DNA from: an uncultured virus (IMG/VR IMGVR_UViG_3300034159_000040)
Taxonomy: Duplodnaviria > Heunggongvirae > Uroviricota > Caudoviricetes
DNA: 64,000 bases
Strand: one strand, 5' to 3'
Virus record (IMG/VR): IMGVR_UViG_3300034159_000040
A program made the position numbers and the translations under genes. Below, in pieces: positions 46,278 through 55,470 of the stretch (position 1 is its first letter; each line of letters starts with the position of its first letter). The notes below the pieces were generated by a model. The model was not told the DNA's origin. It did no database searches and worked only from the letters and a program-made list of their open reading frames with translations.

Positions 46278-46696
46278 CAGTGCCTCAGCCTCTTGAAGAA
46301 CGCCCGGCACTCGGCGTCGAGATTGCCCAAGTGCTGCGCTCCGACCTCCTCGTCCATGTCGTCGTCAAACCCCGCCATGATCGACAGGATCGCCGCAGCG
46401 CCGCAGTAGAACCCCTTGCGCATCTCGCTCACCTGGACTGCCGGGGCGTCGCGCGGGATCCCGGTGCGCCGGTAGGCGTCGAACAGTTCCGCGAGCGTCG
46501 CGGGCCGGTGCAGGCGCTCCTTGAGCATCGCCAACGCCGACGCGCGATCCGGCGCGGAAAACGGCGGGACGATCGCCGCCACGAAGGCGTTGCCAGCCAG
46601 GTCGCGCGCCACCGGATCGTCTCCGGGCGTGTGGCGCTTCAGGTGGACCGAGCCGTCAATGTGCTGGTAGCCGTACCACTCCAGATCGGTGCTCAT
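46277..46696 (-). CDS. hypothetical phage protein
   Basis: WYGYQH.DGS and QVSEMRKGFYCGA motifs. Confidence 0.65.
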   Translation of the reverse strand: MSTDLEWYGYQHIDGSVHLKRHTPGDDPVARDLAGNAFVAAIVPPFSAPDRASALAMLKERLHRPATLAELFDAYRRTGIPRDAPAVQVSEMRKGFYCGAAAILSIMAGFDDDMDEEVGAQHLGNLDAECRAFFKRLRH

Positions 46697-46914
46697 GGCT
46701 GGCCTCCAGCGGCGGATTGTCGGTGCGGACGCGCCGCGGTGGCGGGCGCCCGGCGGTTGAAAACCGCCTCGATCACGCGATCGCCGGCTCGCCCGAAATC
46801 AAACTGCACCGCGCACGGCTGGCAGTAGACGAACGCATCGCCGTTGGGGTGCGTCTGAACCGCCCCGACCCGACCGCCGCAGAAGGGGCATGGACGAAGC
46901 TCCGCGGTGCTCAA
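46693..46914 (-). CDS. Lar-family restriction alleviation zinc-finger protein
   Basis: ELRPCPFCGG..VYCQPC..FNRRA. Confidence 0.75.
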   Translation of the reverse strand: MSTAELRPCPFCGGRVGAVQTHPNGDAFVYCQPCAVQFDFGRAGDRVIEAVFNRRAPATAARPHRQSAAGGQP

Positions 46915-47246
46915 GCCTCACCCCCAGGCGCCGCACCCGCGGCCAGGTGGTCGCCGATGGTGCGGGTGTCGCCGGGGTCGGAACCGACCAGTCTCCGCTC
47001 CAGTGTCAATTCAATACCCAGGTCATCCAGGTCGGCGGTCTTCTCGATCAAACCCGAAGAGACGCGAAAATCGGAACGCAGGGGGCTCGCGATCTGGCCC
47101 AGGGCAATCTCCTCGGCCTGCCGCAGGTTGTCGGCGATCACCAAGACACAGCAATCCATGTCAACGGCGTACAGGGGCATGGGGGTCTCCAGGGCGGTTT
47201 CGTTGATGGTTGCGGCAGGCTCGGTCTGGCCGGTGCTGATGGTCAC
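46911..47246 (-). CDS. hypothetical protein
   Basis: Coupled ORF in the leftward operon; start uncertain. Confidence 0.45.
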   Translation of the reverse strand: MTISTGQTEPAATINETALETPMPLYAVDMDCCVLVIADNLRQAEEIALGQIASPLRSDFRVSSGLIEKTADLDDLGIELTLERRLVGSDPGDTRTIGDHLAAGAAPGGEA

Positions 47247-47467
47247 CAGGACACCTCCGGGACCAACGTCGCGGGGTCGCACGATTGGGCGGTGGCGCGC
47301 TCCCACCCATGCCGCGCCACCGATTGGTCGAAGCGCACAAAAGCGTTGACGTGGTTCTTACTGCTGACCATGCCGTGCTCGCAGTCCTTGTGGGTAGGGT
47401 CGCCGTTGGCGTGGTTTGGCACATAGATCACCCGCTGGCCGGCTTGGATCGCGTCAAGGTCCATCAC
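47243..47467 (-). CDS. hypothetical phage protein
   Basis: GQRVIYVPNHANGD..H.DCE.G.VSS. Confidence 0.65.
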   Translation of the reverse strand: MMDLDAIQAGQRVIYVPNHANGDPTHKDCEHGMVSSKNHVNAFVRFDQSVARHGWERATAQSCDPATLVPEVSW

Positions 47468-47853
47468 GCACCACCTGCGGCTCGAACGGCCGCATCGATC
47501 TGGCGCGCCAGGTCCCGCTGCCGCGCCGCTTCAGCCGGTGTCAGAATCGGAAACCACCGCACCGGGTTGGCCGGGATCTGGAACTCGCTGCCGCGCAGAA
47601 ACCACCAATCGGGCATTTCCTCGTGCGGGCCTTCCAGTCCGCCGTCGTCGCTGTATCCCCCGCCCCACTGCACCACGTTCAGCCCGTCATCCACATGCCC
47701 CTCACCCTCGGCCCAGGCGCCATAGGCGGTCAGCGTGTGCCCGCCAGGTTCCTCGACGTAGGGGTCTGCTGCATGATCGCACCAGGCCACGATCGGGGTC
47801 CCGTCGCGGGGTGCGGTGTCCATCGGTTGCCACTTGTTGTCCATGGCTACCAC
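47464..47853 (-). CDS. DUF551-like phage protein
   Basis: WQPMDTAPRDGT..P..W.P. Confidence 0.7.
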   Translation of the reverse strand: MVAMDNKWQPMDTAPRDGTPIVAWCDHAADPYVEEPGGHTLTAYGAWAEGEGHVDDGLNVVQWGGGYSDDGGLEGPHEEMPDWWFLRGSEFQIPANPVRWFPILTPAEAARQRDLARQIDAAVRAAGGA

Positions 47854-48020
47854 CGCCCCATCGCGTCGTTGTAGGCGCGCTCGGCGGCCTCCTCTGCCGC
47901 GCCCCGCTGCTCGCGTTGCAGTTCGCGCAGTTGCTGTCTGAACTCTTCTCGCGTGATCAGTCCCTCGCGCAAGTCGCGATCAAGGCGATCTTCCTCTCGT
48001 TCGTACTGGTTCATCTTCAT
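47847..48020 (-). CDS. small hypothetical protein
   Basis: GLITREEF SHOCT-like motif; GGGAG RBS. Confidence 0.55.
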   Translation of the reverse strand: MKMNQYEREEDRLDRDLREGLITREEFRQQLRELQREQRGAAEEAAERAYNDAMGRW

Positions 48021-49339
48021 ACTCCCGCCGCGTCCAGCCACTCGCCAGTTTCCGGATCGTGCGCCGGGGCCTTACCGCGCTTCTTACCTCGCGTGGGGGC
48101 CGGGTCCGGCGCGGCCGGCAACACCTCGCCGGTCATCGCCTCGCCATCCCCCGCATCATCGTCGGCGCCGGGCACGCGCTCGGCCGCGGCCTGCTCCAGG
48201 CGGCGCGCGCGGTCATCGTAGGTCTCGGTCTTGGCGGCGATCTCCTGCGCGTACAGGCTGGCGGCCTGTGCGTTCAACTCCGCGGCCCGCCAGTCGGCAT
48301 CGGCGCGCGCCGGCGGGTTGCTGTCTGCGTTGGCCTCGGCCCGCGCGGCGGCGGCCTGCCGGCGCAGATCAAGCACCGCGGCGCTAGGCTGGACCTCGGC
48401 CGCGGTTTGCTGCGCGGCCTCGGCGGCCTCGCGCTCGGCACGCAACTGCGCCTGCGCGGCCCACTCCTCCAGCTTCACATCGAGCTTGTCGTGCAGGGCC
48501 TCGGGCAATTCGTTGAGGTGCTGCACCCGCCAGGCGCGGGCGATCCAGTCTTTCACGCGCTCGCGCTTCAGGCCCATCTCGTGGATGCGCGCCTCCAGGC
48601 GCCGGTGCTGCGCCTCGCTGATGTAGGGGCCGGGGGGCGGGGTCTGGTCGGTCGCTGGCGAACTCGCGGTGTGGGTCCGTGGGTCAGGGTCGGCCGGGGT
48701 CTGGGGCGGCTCCTGCGGGGCGCTGGCGCGCTCGGGGGCGGGTTGCGTGGCGGCCGGCGCGGTATCGACCCGCTCGGCGCGGCCCATGTTGCGCACGTTG
48801 GTGGGCCGCGGGCGCGCCGGCTCCATGTCGCTGACCTCCTCGGGTGTGTAGACCCCGCACATCACGCCCGGCAGCATCGTGCGTACCCCTTCCGAGATCA
48901 CCCGCGCCCGCAGCATCGCCCGCGGGAATTTCTTCCATGTGTCGTTTCCGAGCAGGCCCGCCTGCTTGGCGCGGTCAATGGTCCACTCCAGGCGCAGACT
49001 GCCGCCGGAGGGGTGAGTGAAGGTGGCGTCGACGTTGGTGTCGGTGTAGGCGTGCCACTCGACCCGCCCGCCCGCTTCCTGGAAGCGGGCCAGGATCGCG
49101 TCGGCCTTGAGCGTCGGGCGGCCCTGGATAATGTGGTAGTCGCGCGCGGCGATGGCCGGGTGGCGGCCTTCCGCTTGCGCGATGAGCATGAGCGCCAGCG
49201 CCTGATCCGGGCTCTTGACGCCGAACAGTTGGGACTTGGCGATGGCGCCGGCCATCCGCTCAATGTCAGACAACGGGATCAGGGCCGGGGTGAGCGCGAC
49301 CGCGCGCTGTTGTTCGTAGGTCATCGGGACGGTGCTCAT
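48017..49339 (-). CDS. RecT/Red-beta-like single-strand annealing protein
   Basis: HIIQGRP, WT..RAKQAGL..W.KFPRAML.AR..G.YTPEE; C-terminal DPETGE. Confidence 0.8.
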   Translation of the reverse strand: MSTVPMTYEQQRAVALTPALIPLSDIERMAGAIAKSQLFGVKSPDQALALMLIAQAEGRHPAIAARDYHIIQGRPTLKADAILARFQEAGGRVEWHAYTDTNVDATFTHPSGGSLRLEWTIDRAKQAGLLGNDTWKKFPRAMLRARVISEGVRTMLPGVMCGVYTPEEVSDMEPARPRPTNVRNMGRAERVDTAPAATQPAPERASAPQEPPQTPADPDPRTHTASSPATDQTPPPGPYISEAQHRRLEARIHEMGLKRERVKDWIARAWRVQHLNELPEALHDKLDVKLEEWAAQAQLRAEREAAEAAQQTAAEVQPSAAVLDLRRQAAAARAEANADSNPPARADADWRAAELNAQAASLYAQEIAAKTETYDDRARRLEQAAAERVPGADDDAGDGEAMTGEVLPAAPDPAPTRGKKRGKAPAHDPETGEWLDAAGV

Positions 49340-49572
49340 GCGGCGATCCTCTGTGCGTGGTGGTGGGAGTCGGCGGGGATCTTGACCTCGACGCGGCAGT
49401 GCAGGTACAGCCAGCCCGGAAGTTCGCGCGCCGCGGCGACGGCCGCATCGCTGATCGCGTCCTCGGCCTCCTGGCGGTAGTCGACCCGGTAGCCGACGGT
49501 CGGGATGACGGGGGCGCCGACGACTGCGGTGCGCGGCGGGCGGAAGGTGACGATGAAGACGGGGGCGCTCAC
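49336..49572 (-). CDS. hypothetical protein
   Basis: GTG start coupled to the upstream stop. Confidence 0.45.
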   Translation of the reverse strand: MSAPVFIVTFRPPRTAVVGAPVIPTVGYRVDYRQEAEDAISDAAVAAARELPGWLYLHCRVEVKIPADSHHHAQRIAA

Positions 49573-49862
49573 GACTGGACCTCGTGCGTGGGCCGCAACA
49601 GGTGGTCGGTGCACACCGGGGTCAGCGGCGGGTACTCCTTGTCCGAGAGCCTCACGGCGAAGGCGACCAACTCCCCAACCCGGAAGAACTGGAGATAGGT
49701 CCAGTGTTTGCGCTTCATCTTCCCGCAATGGGCGCAGGGGACGGCGCGGCGGTATTGCAGGAAGTGGGTGCAGGCGTTCATCTCGTCGCTGAACGCCGGG
49801 TTAGGCTTCGCGCCGCTGACCACGACATCGGCGATCTCGGAGGGGAAGGGCTTAGCGGCCAT
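49569..49862 (-). CDS. zinc-finger hypothetical protein
   Basis: CAHC..CTDH; GGAGG RBS. Confidence 0.6.
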   Translation of the reverse strand: MAAKPFPSEIADVVVSGAKPNPAFSDEMNACTHFLQYRRAVPCAHCGKMKRKHWTYLQFFRVGELVAFAVRLSDKEYPPLTPVCTDHLLRPTHEVQS

Positions 49863-50059
49863 CAGAAGTCCTCCACGGCGACCACGCCGAACGGTGCCAG
49901 GGTGCACGGGAAGTCGGGCTCCAGGTGCCCGTCGTCGTCCAGGTCCGGGGCGTTGGGGTCGGGGCGGCTGGCGCCGTAACGCGGGTCCGGCATGAACCCG
50001 CGAGCGGCGCTCAGGGCGTAGGCGGGAGAGGGGTGGCGGTTAAGTGTGATGGCGTGCAT
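49862..50059 (-). CDS. hypothetical protein, first gene of the leftward arm
   Basis: 65 aa ORF coupled to the next gene. Confidence 0.5.
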   Translation of the reverse strand: MHAITLNRHPSPAYALSAARGFMPDPRYGASRPDPNAPDLDDDGHLEPDFPCTLAPFGVVAVEDF

Positions 50060-50106
50060 GGGGTTGATCCGCTGGTTAGATCGATCGCTGTTGGGGTGCG
50101 CCCATA

Positions 50107-50222
50107 GTAGGCTACCCTACCAACCTATACAACGGGGTCATAGTCGAAATATTAGGGCTACCTACGTCGTACTGGAGCGACTACATAGCGACTATTTGAC
50201 TTCCTGGATGCGGCTGCCCTAC
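50107..50222. promoter_or_regulatory. operator-like imperfect palindromes (GTAGG-N4-CCTAC type)
   Basis: GTAGGCTACCCTAC 50107-50120, TTAGGGCTACCTAC 50152-50165, TGCGGCTGCCCTAC 50209-50222, between divergent genes. Confidence 0.5.
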
Positions 50223-50259
50223 CGTAAGAGTCCCGCGCTATGCGGTCAGGATCGCCACC

Positions 50260-50520
50260 ATGAACCACGACGCTAAATCCCTACATCCAGACTCAGCAAT
50301 TATCGACCGGCTTGGTGGAACTGCCGCCGTGTCTCGGCTGTGCCAGATCAAATCGTCCTCCGTGTCGGAGTGGCGCCAGGTCGGGATCTCCAAGGCGCGC
50401 CGCCAGCTTCTGCAACTGATGCACCCCGAAGCGTTCGGCCTGCCGGTGGCGCCTGCGCTCAAGCCGCGGTCCCGCCGGGCTACCGTCTCCGCTTCAGCCG
50501 CGGCCTCCGCTTCCGCCTGA
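50260..50520 (+). CDS. Cro/YdaS-like HTH regulator
   Basis: IIDRLGGTAAVSRLCQIKSSSVSEWR..GI..AR. Confidence 0.8.
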   Translation: MNHDAKSLHPDSAIIDRLGGTAAVSRLCQIKSSSVSEWRQVGISKARRQLLQLMHPEAFGLPVAPALKPRSRRATVSASAAASASA

Positions 50521-50822
50521 ACCCCGCGCCGTCCGGTGCGGGCTGGCCTGTCCCTCAGAATACAACTTGGAGCGTAGCGCGCAACCTGGTAGCGGGTTAG
50601 GGCGGGCGCGATGGTGCGCGGGCTATCGGCCAGCTATCGGCCAAAGCGCGGGCGTGGCCGGTTGGCGCTGGTCCCCTCTTTTATTCTGGCGAAGCGTGTA
50701 AAAAGTCCCGTGCGCCGCAGGCGAAGCCGCGCGCGCGGATTTAAGTTCAGATTAAGAGAAGATTAGCGGGTCCGCCAAGCGCGCACACGTCATTGATATA
50801 TCTGGGTATAGTCAATACCATC

Positions 50823-50916
50823 GGCGCCTTCTATCCCGCACCCTGGCGCCTTCTATCCCGCGGGTCGGCGCCTTCTATCCCGCACCCTGGGGCGCCAAGT
50901 GCGCCTTCTATCCCGC
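50823..50916. repeat. iteron array of a plasmid-type origin
   Basis: GCGCCTTCTATCCCGC at 50824, 50846, 50868 and 50901 (spacing 22/22/33); AT-rich tract 50740-50820; DnaA-box-like TTATGCACG on the - strand at 50922-50930. Confidence 0.9.
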
Positions 50917-50931
50917 ACCCCCGTGCATAAC

Positions 50932-51828
50932 TTAACGCCCGGAAAACGAGTCTGTCGGCCCTTTCCGGTGCATCAGGTGTTGGCGCTGGCTGCGGCTTGG
51001 AACGACCTCGACGCGCACCAAGTCGTCGGCGCCCAGGGTCCAGGTCCAGCCGGTCGCGGCGGTGACCCGTTCCAGTGCAACCCGCAACTTCGGTCGGAAG
51101 TCGTTCAGCGCCTTGGTCTCGCTGCCGCACAACCGGTGCAAGGTCTCGACCTTGAGTGGATGGGGTTTAGCATGGGTGGCGTAGAAGCCGTGCAGCCATT
51201 GAGCAAGGGCCATGCCTTTGAGCTTCAGGCGCTGCTCCCATTGGACTTGCGTCCAGTCGCTCACCCCATAGAACGCGGAAATCTCCGGATCGACCCAGAC
51301 GACATAGTGCTGGTCCTGATCGTCGCGCTCGTACTTGGCGAGCAGATTACCCGACCTCGCCGGCTTTCCTTTTTCGACAATCTCCACCTTCGCGGAAGTC
51401 AGGCGGCGGATCGCGTTCTTGATCCATTCCAAGTCCTTGCCCCCGGAGCAGCGCCCAATGGATCGTAAAAACTCTCTGGCGGTAAAGGCTATCGGCGTGG
51501 TCAGAGGGGCGTGTCGCGCTCGGTGCAGGCATGATTCCCACACGTCCAGGTCGGCCTGATCGAGCCGCGGGCCAGTGTAGAGCAGGTCGATTCCGGCAAC
51601 ACTGGCAACGTGAACGCCGGTGAGAAATACCCGCGGTCCCCTGGCGACGGCTCCAAATAAGGAAGAGCGCAGCATCCCGTTGGGGACTCCGCGTACCGGC
51701 TCAGGCCACTTCGGAAGCGTCCCAGCGGGAGCTGGTGCGGGCGGCTCCAAAGGACCGGCTACCGCTTTCTTCCCCCGCGTCCTGGCGATCGCCCGCGTCG
51801 CCTCTATGCGCGCCTCCAGGTCGCTCAC
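50932..51828 (-). CDS. trfA: TrfA-family plasmid replication initiator
   Basis: W.E..RGVPN..LRS.LF, YTG.RLDQ.D.DVW, LAQWLHGFY.TH..P.P.KVETL..LCGS. Confidence 0.85.
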   Translation of the reverse strand: MSDLEARIEATRAIARTRGKKAVAGPLEPPAPAPAGTLPKWPEPVRGVPNGMLRSSLFGAVARGPRVFLTGVHVASVAGIDLLYTGPRLDQADLDVWESCLHRARHAPLTTPIAFTAREFLRSIGRCSGGKDLEWIKNAIRRLTSAKVEIVEKGKPARSGNLLAKYERDDQDQHYVVWVDPEISAFYGVSDWTQVQWEQRLKLKGMALAQWLHGFYATHAKPHPLKVETLHRLCGSETKALNDFRPKLRVALERVTAATGWTWTLGADDLVRVEVVPSRSQRQHLMHRKGPTDSFSGR

Positions 51829-52046
51829 GCGGCCCCCTGGGGCGTCTCGGGCGGGACCTGGGGCCAGGCCCCCGGCAGGTGCTCCACGCCCGCCAGGCCC
51901 TCCAGGATCGCCGTTGCGGCGGCATCCAGATGGGCACGCGCCGCCGCGCCATAGACCGGTCGCGTGGCCATCCCGCGCAGATAGCCGACCAAGTGGATCA
52001 GGCGCTCGCGCTCGGGGTCGTGGGTGGGTCTGGTATCGGTCGGCAT
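51825..52046 (-). CDS. hypothetical protein
   Basis: Coupled to the trfA-like gene. Confidence 0.5.
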   Translation of the reverse strand: MPTDTRPTHDPERERLIHLVGYLRGMATRPVYGAAARAHLDAAATAILEGLAGVEHLPGAWPQVPPETPQGAA

Positions 52047-52050
52047 GGGG

Positions 52051-52263
52051 TCACTGGTGATGCGAACTTTTCAGCTCGCCTGATGCGACCGCATCCATCA
52101 ACATGGTGTACTTTTCCGAAATGCCCTTGTGCTTCAAATAGTCCTTCCGAAATTCGGCGACGGAAGCCGGCGGCTCAATGTCAGCCCATAGGCACGCGAC
52201 CTGCCACAACTGCAAGGCTTCTCCCTTGTCCCACTTTAGGTAATTGGCTTTCTTGAATTTCAT
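52051..52263 (-). CDS. hypothetical protein
   Basis: LQLWQVACLWADIEP; lower GC than the flanks. Confidence 0.55.
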   Translation of the reverse strand: MKFKKANYLKWDKGEALQLWQVACLWADIEPPASVAEFRKDYLKHKGISEKYTMLMDAVASGELKSSHHQ

Positions 52264-52266
52264 GGT

Positions 52267-52737
52267 TTACTCCGGCTCGGGCAGGGCAAACCACCGCACC
52301 ACGCGCCAGGCATCAGGGAGCGGCGGCTCGTCCCCGCCTACTCTGTGCCAGACAAACTCATCATCGGCCCCGCGATAGCCGTTCAACCAGAACCGCAACC
52401 CCGACCCGTCGCCAGGGTCGATCAGCAGCAGCAGGGAGGCGAGCGGCTCCGGCAAGGGGGCGGCCGGGCCGGGGGTGATGCCGGTCAGGGTCAGGGTGTC
52501 GTTGGGCATGGGTGATCCGCTGGTAAAAACAAACCGAACATGCCGGCGCCGGCGCACGGTCTCGGCTTCATCGTAAGTCGAGAAAAACCCGCAATGCTCT
52601 GGATCTTCATCAATTACGTCGCGCCAGTCGGCGTTCGTCTGGCGGATGACCTCGTATCGCGTCTTGTCCATCGTGCGACGGGCGCAGTACGGTGAATCGC
52701 CAAAGATCGCATCGATCTGTTCGTCTGAGATATCCAT
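52267..52737 (-). CDS. hypothetical protein
   Basis: ATG-started part of the 197-aa ORF; C-terminal V..W..LP motif. Confidence 0.5.
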   Translation of the reverse strand: MDISDEQIDAIFGDSPYCARRTMDKTRYEVIRQTNADWRDVIDEDPEHCGFFSTYDEAETVRRRRHVRFVFTSGSPMPNDTLTLTGITPGPAAPLPEPLASLLLLIDPGDGSGLRFWLNGYRGADDEFVWHRVGGDEPPLPDAWRVVRWFALPEPE

Positions 52738-52875
52738 ATTTGACAAATCGTTAAGCGGATGACTAAGCCCGTCGTATGGGTAAGTTGACGCCCCCGGCGC
52801 GGTCAGGTTTGCGCGCCTTACAGTGCCGGGTGCGGGGCCGAGGAGAGTCGGACGGCCCACGGTGAGTGTAGCCGC

Positions 52876-53154
52876 TCAGGCGCGCTCCAAGATGAACTCG
52901 CGCGCCCGCTGCAGCGTGATCCGCGAGTCGTCGTCCAGATCCGCGATCTCCTCCAGAGTGGCCTTCTGCGGTATCAGGTCGTCGGCAAAGCACAACATCC
53001 CGGCACACTTGATGCAGATGGACAAATCGCCTGGGGTCGGGGTGTTCGCTTTATCGCTAATCCCAGCCGCCGCGTTCAGTTCGGTCCCGCACCAAGGGCA
53101 CGGCGTGGTCTTGTCAAAGTGCATACGCACTGTCTCCGGTTTATTTTTGCCCAA
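52876..53154 (-). CDS. zinc-ribbon hypothetical protein
   Basis: CPWC..P.PGD.SICIKC. Confidence 0.65.
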   Translation of the reverse strand: MGKNKPETVRMHFDKTTPCPWCGTELNAAAGISDKANTPTPGDLSICIKCAGMLCFADDLIPQKATLEEIADLDDDSRITLQRAREFILERA

Positions 53155-53247
53155 TCCAACAACGCCCGGTCGGCGGCGGTAATCCGGCCGGCATCAGTGC
53201 CAATCGCCGCGCCATCCTGCTGCCCTGGCCGGACGTTATCCACCGCC

Positions 53248-53297
53248 CTCTGCGCAGACTGTACGCTCTGCGCAGACTGTACGCTCTGCGCAGAGCG
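53248..53297. repeat. 18-bp tandem repeat with palindromic core
   Basis: CTCTGCGCAGACTGTACG x2.6; intergenic. Confidence 0.85.
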
Positions 53298-53304
53298 CCC
53301 CCGA

Positions 53305-53571
53305 TCAACCGCCACCGCACCCCGGCGCCCACACGGCAACCCGCACCCCGTAGACATCGAGCAGCCACGGCTCCATGGCCGCGAGCAGGAGCCCCGCGGC
53401 AGCCACCTGGGCGGCATCGAGCCCCAGGGGGGCCAGGTCGGCCACCACCGTCGGCGGGCAGCCAGCGGGGGCGATATGGGCCAGCGGGACCAGCGGCAGG
53501 CCCAGGGTGGGCCACACCTCGGCCTGGATGCGCTCGATCACTTCCTGCGGTGCGCGGAACGGATTGCACAT
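53305..53571 (-). CDS. hypothetical protein
   Basis: 88 aa ORF downstream of the repressor. Confidence 0.45.
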   Translation of the reverse strand: MCNPFRAPQEVIERIQAEVWPTLGLPLVPLAHIAPAGCPPTVVADLAPLGLDAAQVAAAGLLLAAMEPWLLDVYGVRVAVWAPGCGGG

Positions 53572-53582
53572 AGGTCAACGTC

Positions 53583-54044
53583 CTACGGCGATGCGCCCTC
53601 CGGGTCGGTGGGCGGCAAAAGCCGCTGTATTAACTCAGCAATCTGGGCGTGCTCGGTCGGATTGCACACATAGCGCACGATAAGACCACTCACTGTCTCG
53701 CGCAACACCGGATCGGCCTGGGACAACCGCTCGGCCATCGCTTGCATCAACTCCGCGAGCGGCAGGCGCTCCAGGTCCACCGGCGGCGGGCGCAGTTGTT
53801 CCGGGTCGCCCAGGCCCGTCGTCAACCACTCGACCGTGACGCGCAGCGCACCGGCCAACTTCACGACCTCGCGGCTGCTGGCGATCTCCCCGCACTCCAC
53901 CGCACTGATGGTCTGCTGGCTGACCCCGGAGCGGGCCGCCAACTCGCCCTGCGACCAGCCATCCGCGCGCCGACGCGACTTCAGCCGCGCGCCCCAATGC
54001 GTCGCGGCGGCCGGGCATTTATCGGTCTTTGCTTGTTGGTCCAT
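53583..54044 (-). CDS. XRE-family (CI-like) repressor
   Basis: GARLK..R...GWSQGELA.RSGVSQQTIS.VE.G..KLA.AL.V..EWL..G; no C-terminal S24 peptidase domain. Confidence 0.85.
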   Translation of the reverse strand: MDQQAKTDKCPAAATHWGARLKSRRRADGWSQGELAARSGVSQQTISAVECGEIASSREVVKLAGALRVTVEWLTTGLGDPEQLRPPPVDLERLPLAELMQAMAERLSQADPVLRETVSGLIVRYVCNPTEHAQIAELIQRLLPPTDPEGASP

Positions 54045-54200
54045 AGCCTTAGTTTACGCTATTGGTTGTAAGTTGCCGCGCATTCTAACCAGCAAACGCG
54101 CAGGGTCAAGGCGAACCGCTGTATGCCGTTCGTCCGAATCTACCCGTTAGATGGTTGACGGATTACTGTACAGGACGTTGACTGAGGGATTATGCCAACT

Positions 54201-54551
54201 ATGTCACAGTCCTCTCGCCGCCTGCTGCACGCCGCCCTGGAGCGCGCCTGGACAATCTATAGAACCCAGACCCGCCTGGGCGACTACCTGGGCGTGTCCC
54301 AACAAACCACCTCGAAATACATGCTCGGCGAGCTGCTCCCCGGCGCGCGCCAAACGCTGCGGCTGGCGCGGCTGCTGGCGGCTGAGCAGCCGGAGGGGCG
54401 CTATGCCCCCGAGAAGCTGCGCCCGGACCTGTTTGAGCCGGGGTGGGTAGATCTGGTGGCGGTCGCCCCGCGGCGCCGCGGGAGGCCGCGGGGTGGGGCG
54501 AAGGTTGAACCTGATGAGCCGCGCGAGGCGCGTGCCCAGGCCCAGACGTAA
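54201..54551 (+). CDS. Cro/YdaS-like HTH regulator
   Basis: TQTRLG.YLGVSQQTTSKY..EKLRPDLF; divergent from the CI-like gene. Confidence 0.8.
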   Translation: MSQSSRRLLHAALERAWTIYRTQTRLGDYLGVSQQTTSKYMLGELLPGARQTLRLARLLAAEQPEGRYAPEKLRPDLFEPGWVDLVAVAPRRRGRPRGGAKVEPDEPREARAQAQT

Positions 54552-54715
54552 AAACGCCCCCGCCAGCCAAAGCCAGCGGGGGCGCGTGTCACAAAAGGTG
54601 CCGCCCCGAACGCGGATCAGGCTTCGGGGACGGCGATGCACTCCCACCGTGAGGTCGGCGTGACCCCGCGAGTATCGGTCCCACCCCCGCCCCGTCAACC
54701 ACCAGGACCCCAGCC

Positions 54716-54928
54716 ATGCAGCCGCACGCACCCGCGCCCACCCCCATCGAGGCCCTGGAAACCCTGGCCCAGCTCGCCCGCGGGGTGCCACCGGCCGGGC
54801 CAGTCCCGCGCACGCACTGCCGGATCTGCGGTAGCCGCCTGCCGATCGAGTGCCGGGAGCGCGGCCGGTGCCACTCCTGCGAGACCGATGAACTGCGCTG
54901 GGACCTGCAAGCGGGAAACTGGGATTGA
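54716..54928 (+). CDS. zinc-finger hypothetical protein
   Basis: CRIC..CHSC; AGGA RBS. Confidence 0.55.
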   Translation: MQPHAPAPTPIEALETLAQLARGVPPAGPVPRTHCRICGSRLPIECRERGRCHSCETDELRWDLQAGNWD

Positions 54929-55176
54929 CCGCCATGCCCTACCGCGCCTCACCGGCCACCCTGCACACTGCCATGCGCGCCCACTTCTGCTCTTGGTGTG
55001 GGGAGGCGATCCAGCCGGGAGAGATGTACTACCAGGCGCGCCTGACTTGGGACCAGGGGCTCTCCACGCTCGATCACACGCACAGTGAATGCCACGCGGC
55101 AGCGACCGCCGCGGCAGCGTCCCCCTGGAAGACCGCCCACCACCACCGCGGCCAGACCGCGGACACCGAGGATTAG
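54925..55176 (+). CDS. zinc-finger hypothetical protein
   Basis: H.CSWCGE.I.PGE.Y..H.EC. Confidence 0.6.
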   Translation: MTAMPYRASPATLHTAMRAHFCSWCGEAIQPGEMYYQARLTWDQGLSTLDHTHSECHAAATAAAASPWKTAHHHRGQTADTED

Positions 55177-55179
55177 CCG

Positions 55180-55470
55180 ATGGCGACCTGGGACCCTTAC
55201 CCCGACGGCACTTACGTCGCACAACTGCGCATCCTCGATCGCATCGCCACCGGGCCGCGGCAGATCGATGTGATCTACCGGGTTCGGTACTTGTGCTGTG
55301 GGGCCATCGGCGAACTGACCCACGCCGACGTGCTGCGGGTGCCGGACTCGAAGGGCTACGTCCCCGGCTGGGGCTGGCCGATCAGTTTCGGGCCGTTGCA
55401 GGTCACGGCCCAGGCCGAGGCGCGGCGGCAAAGGACCGGGCTCTTTCCCACGGAGTATGCGGCGCCATGA
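55180..55470 (+). CDS. hypothetical protein
   Basis: ATG after GAGGA; coupled to the next ORF. Confidence 0.55.
   Translation: MATWDPYPDGTYVAQLRILDRIATGPRQIDVIYRVRYLCCGAIGELTHADVLRVPDSKGYVPGWGWPISFGPLQVTAQAEARRQRTGLFPTEYAAP

Noticed and set aside
50823..50916. CRISPR array
   Set aside because: Repeats are 16-17 bp with 5-17 bp gaps, there are no cas genes, and the array adjoins a Rep gene, so these are iterons.
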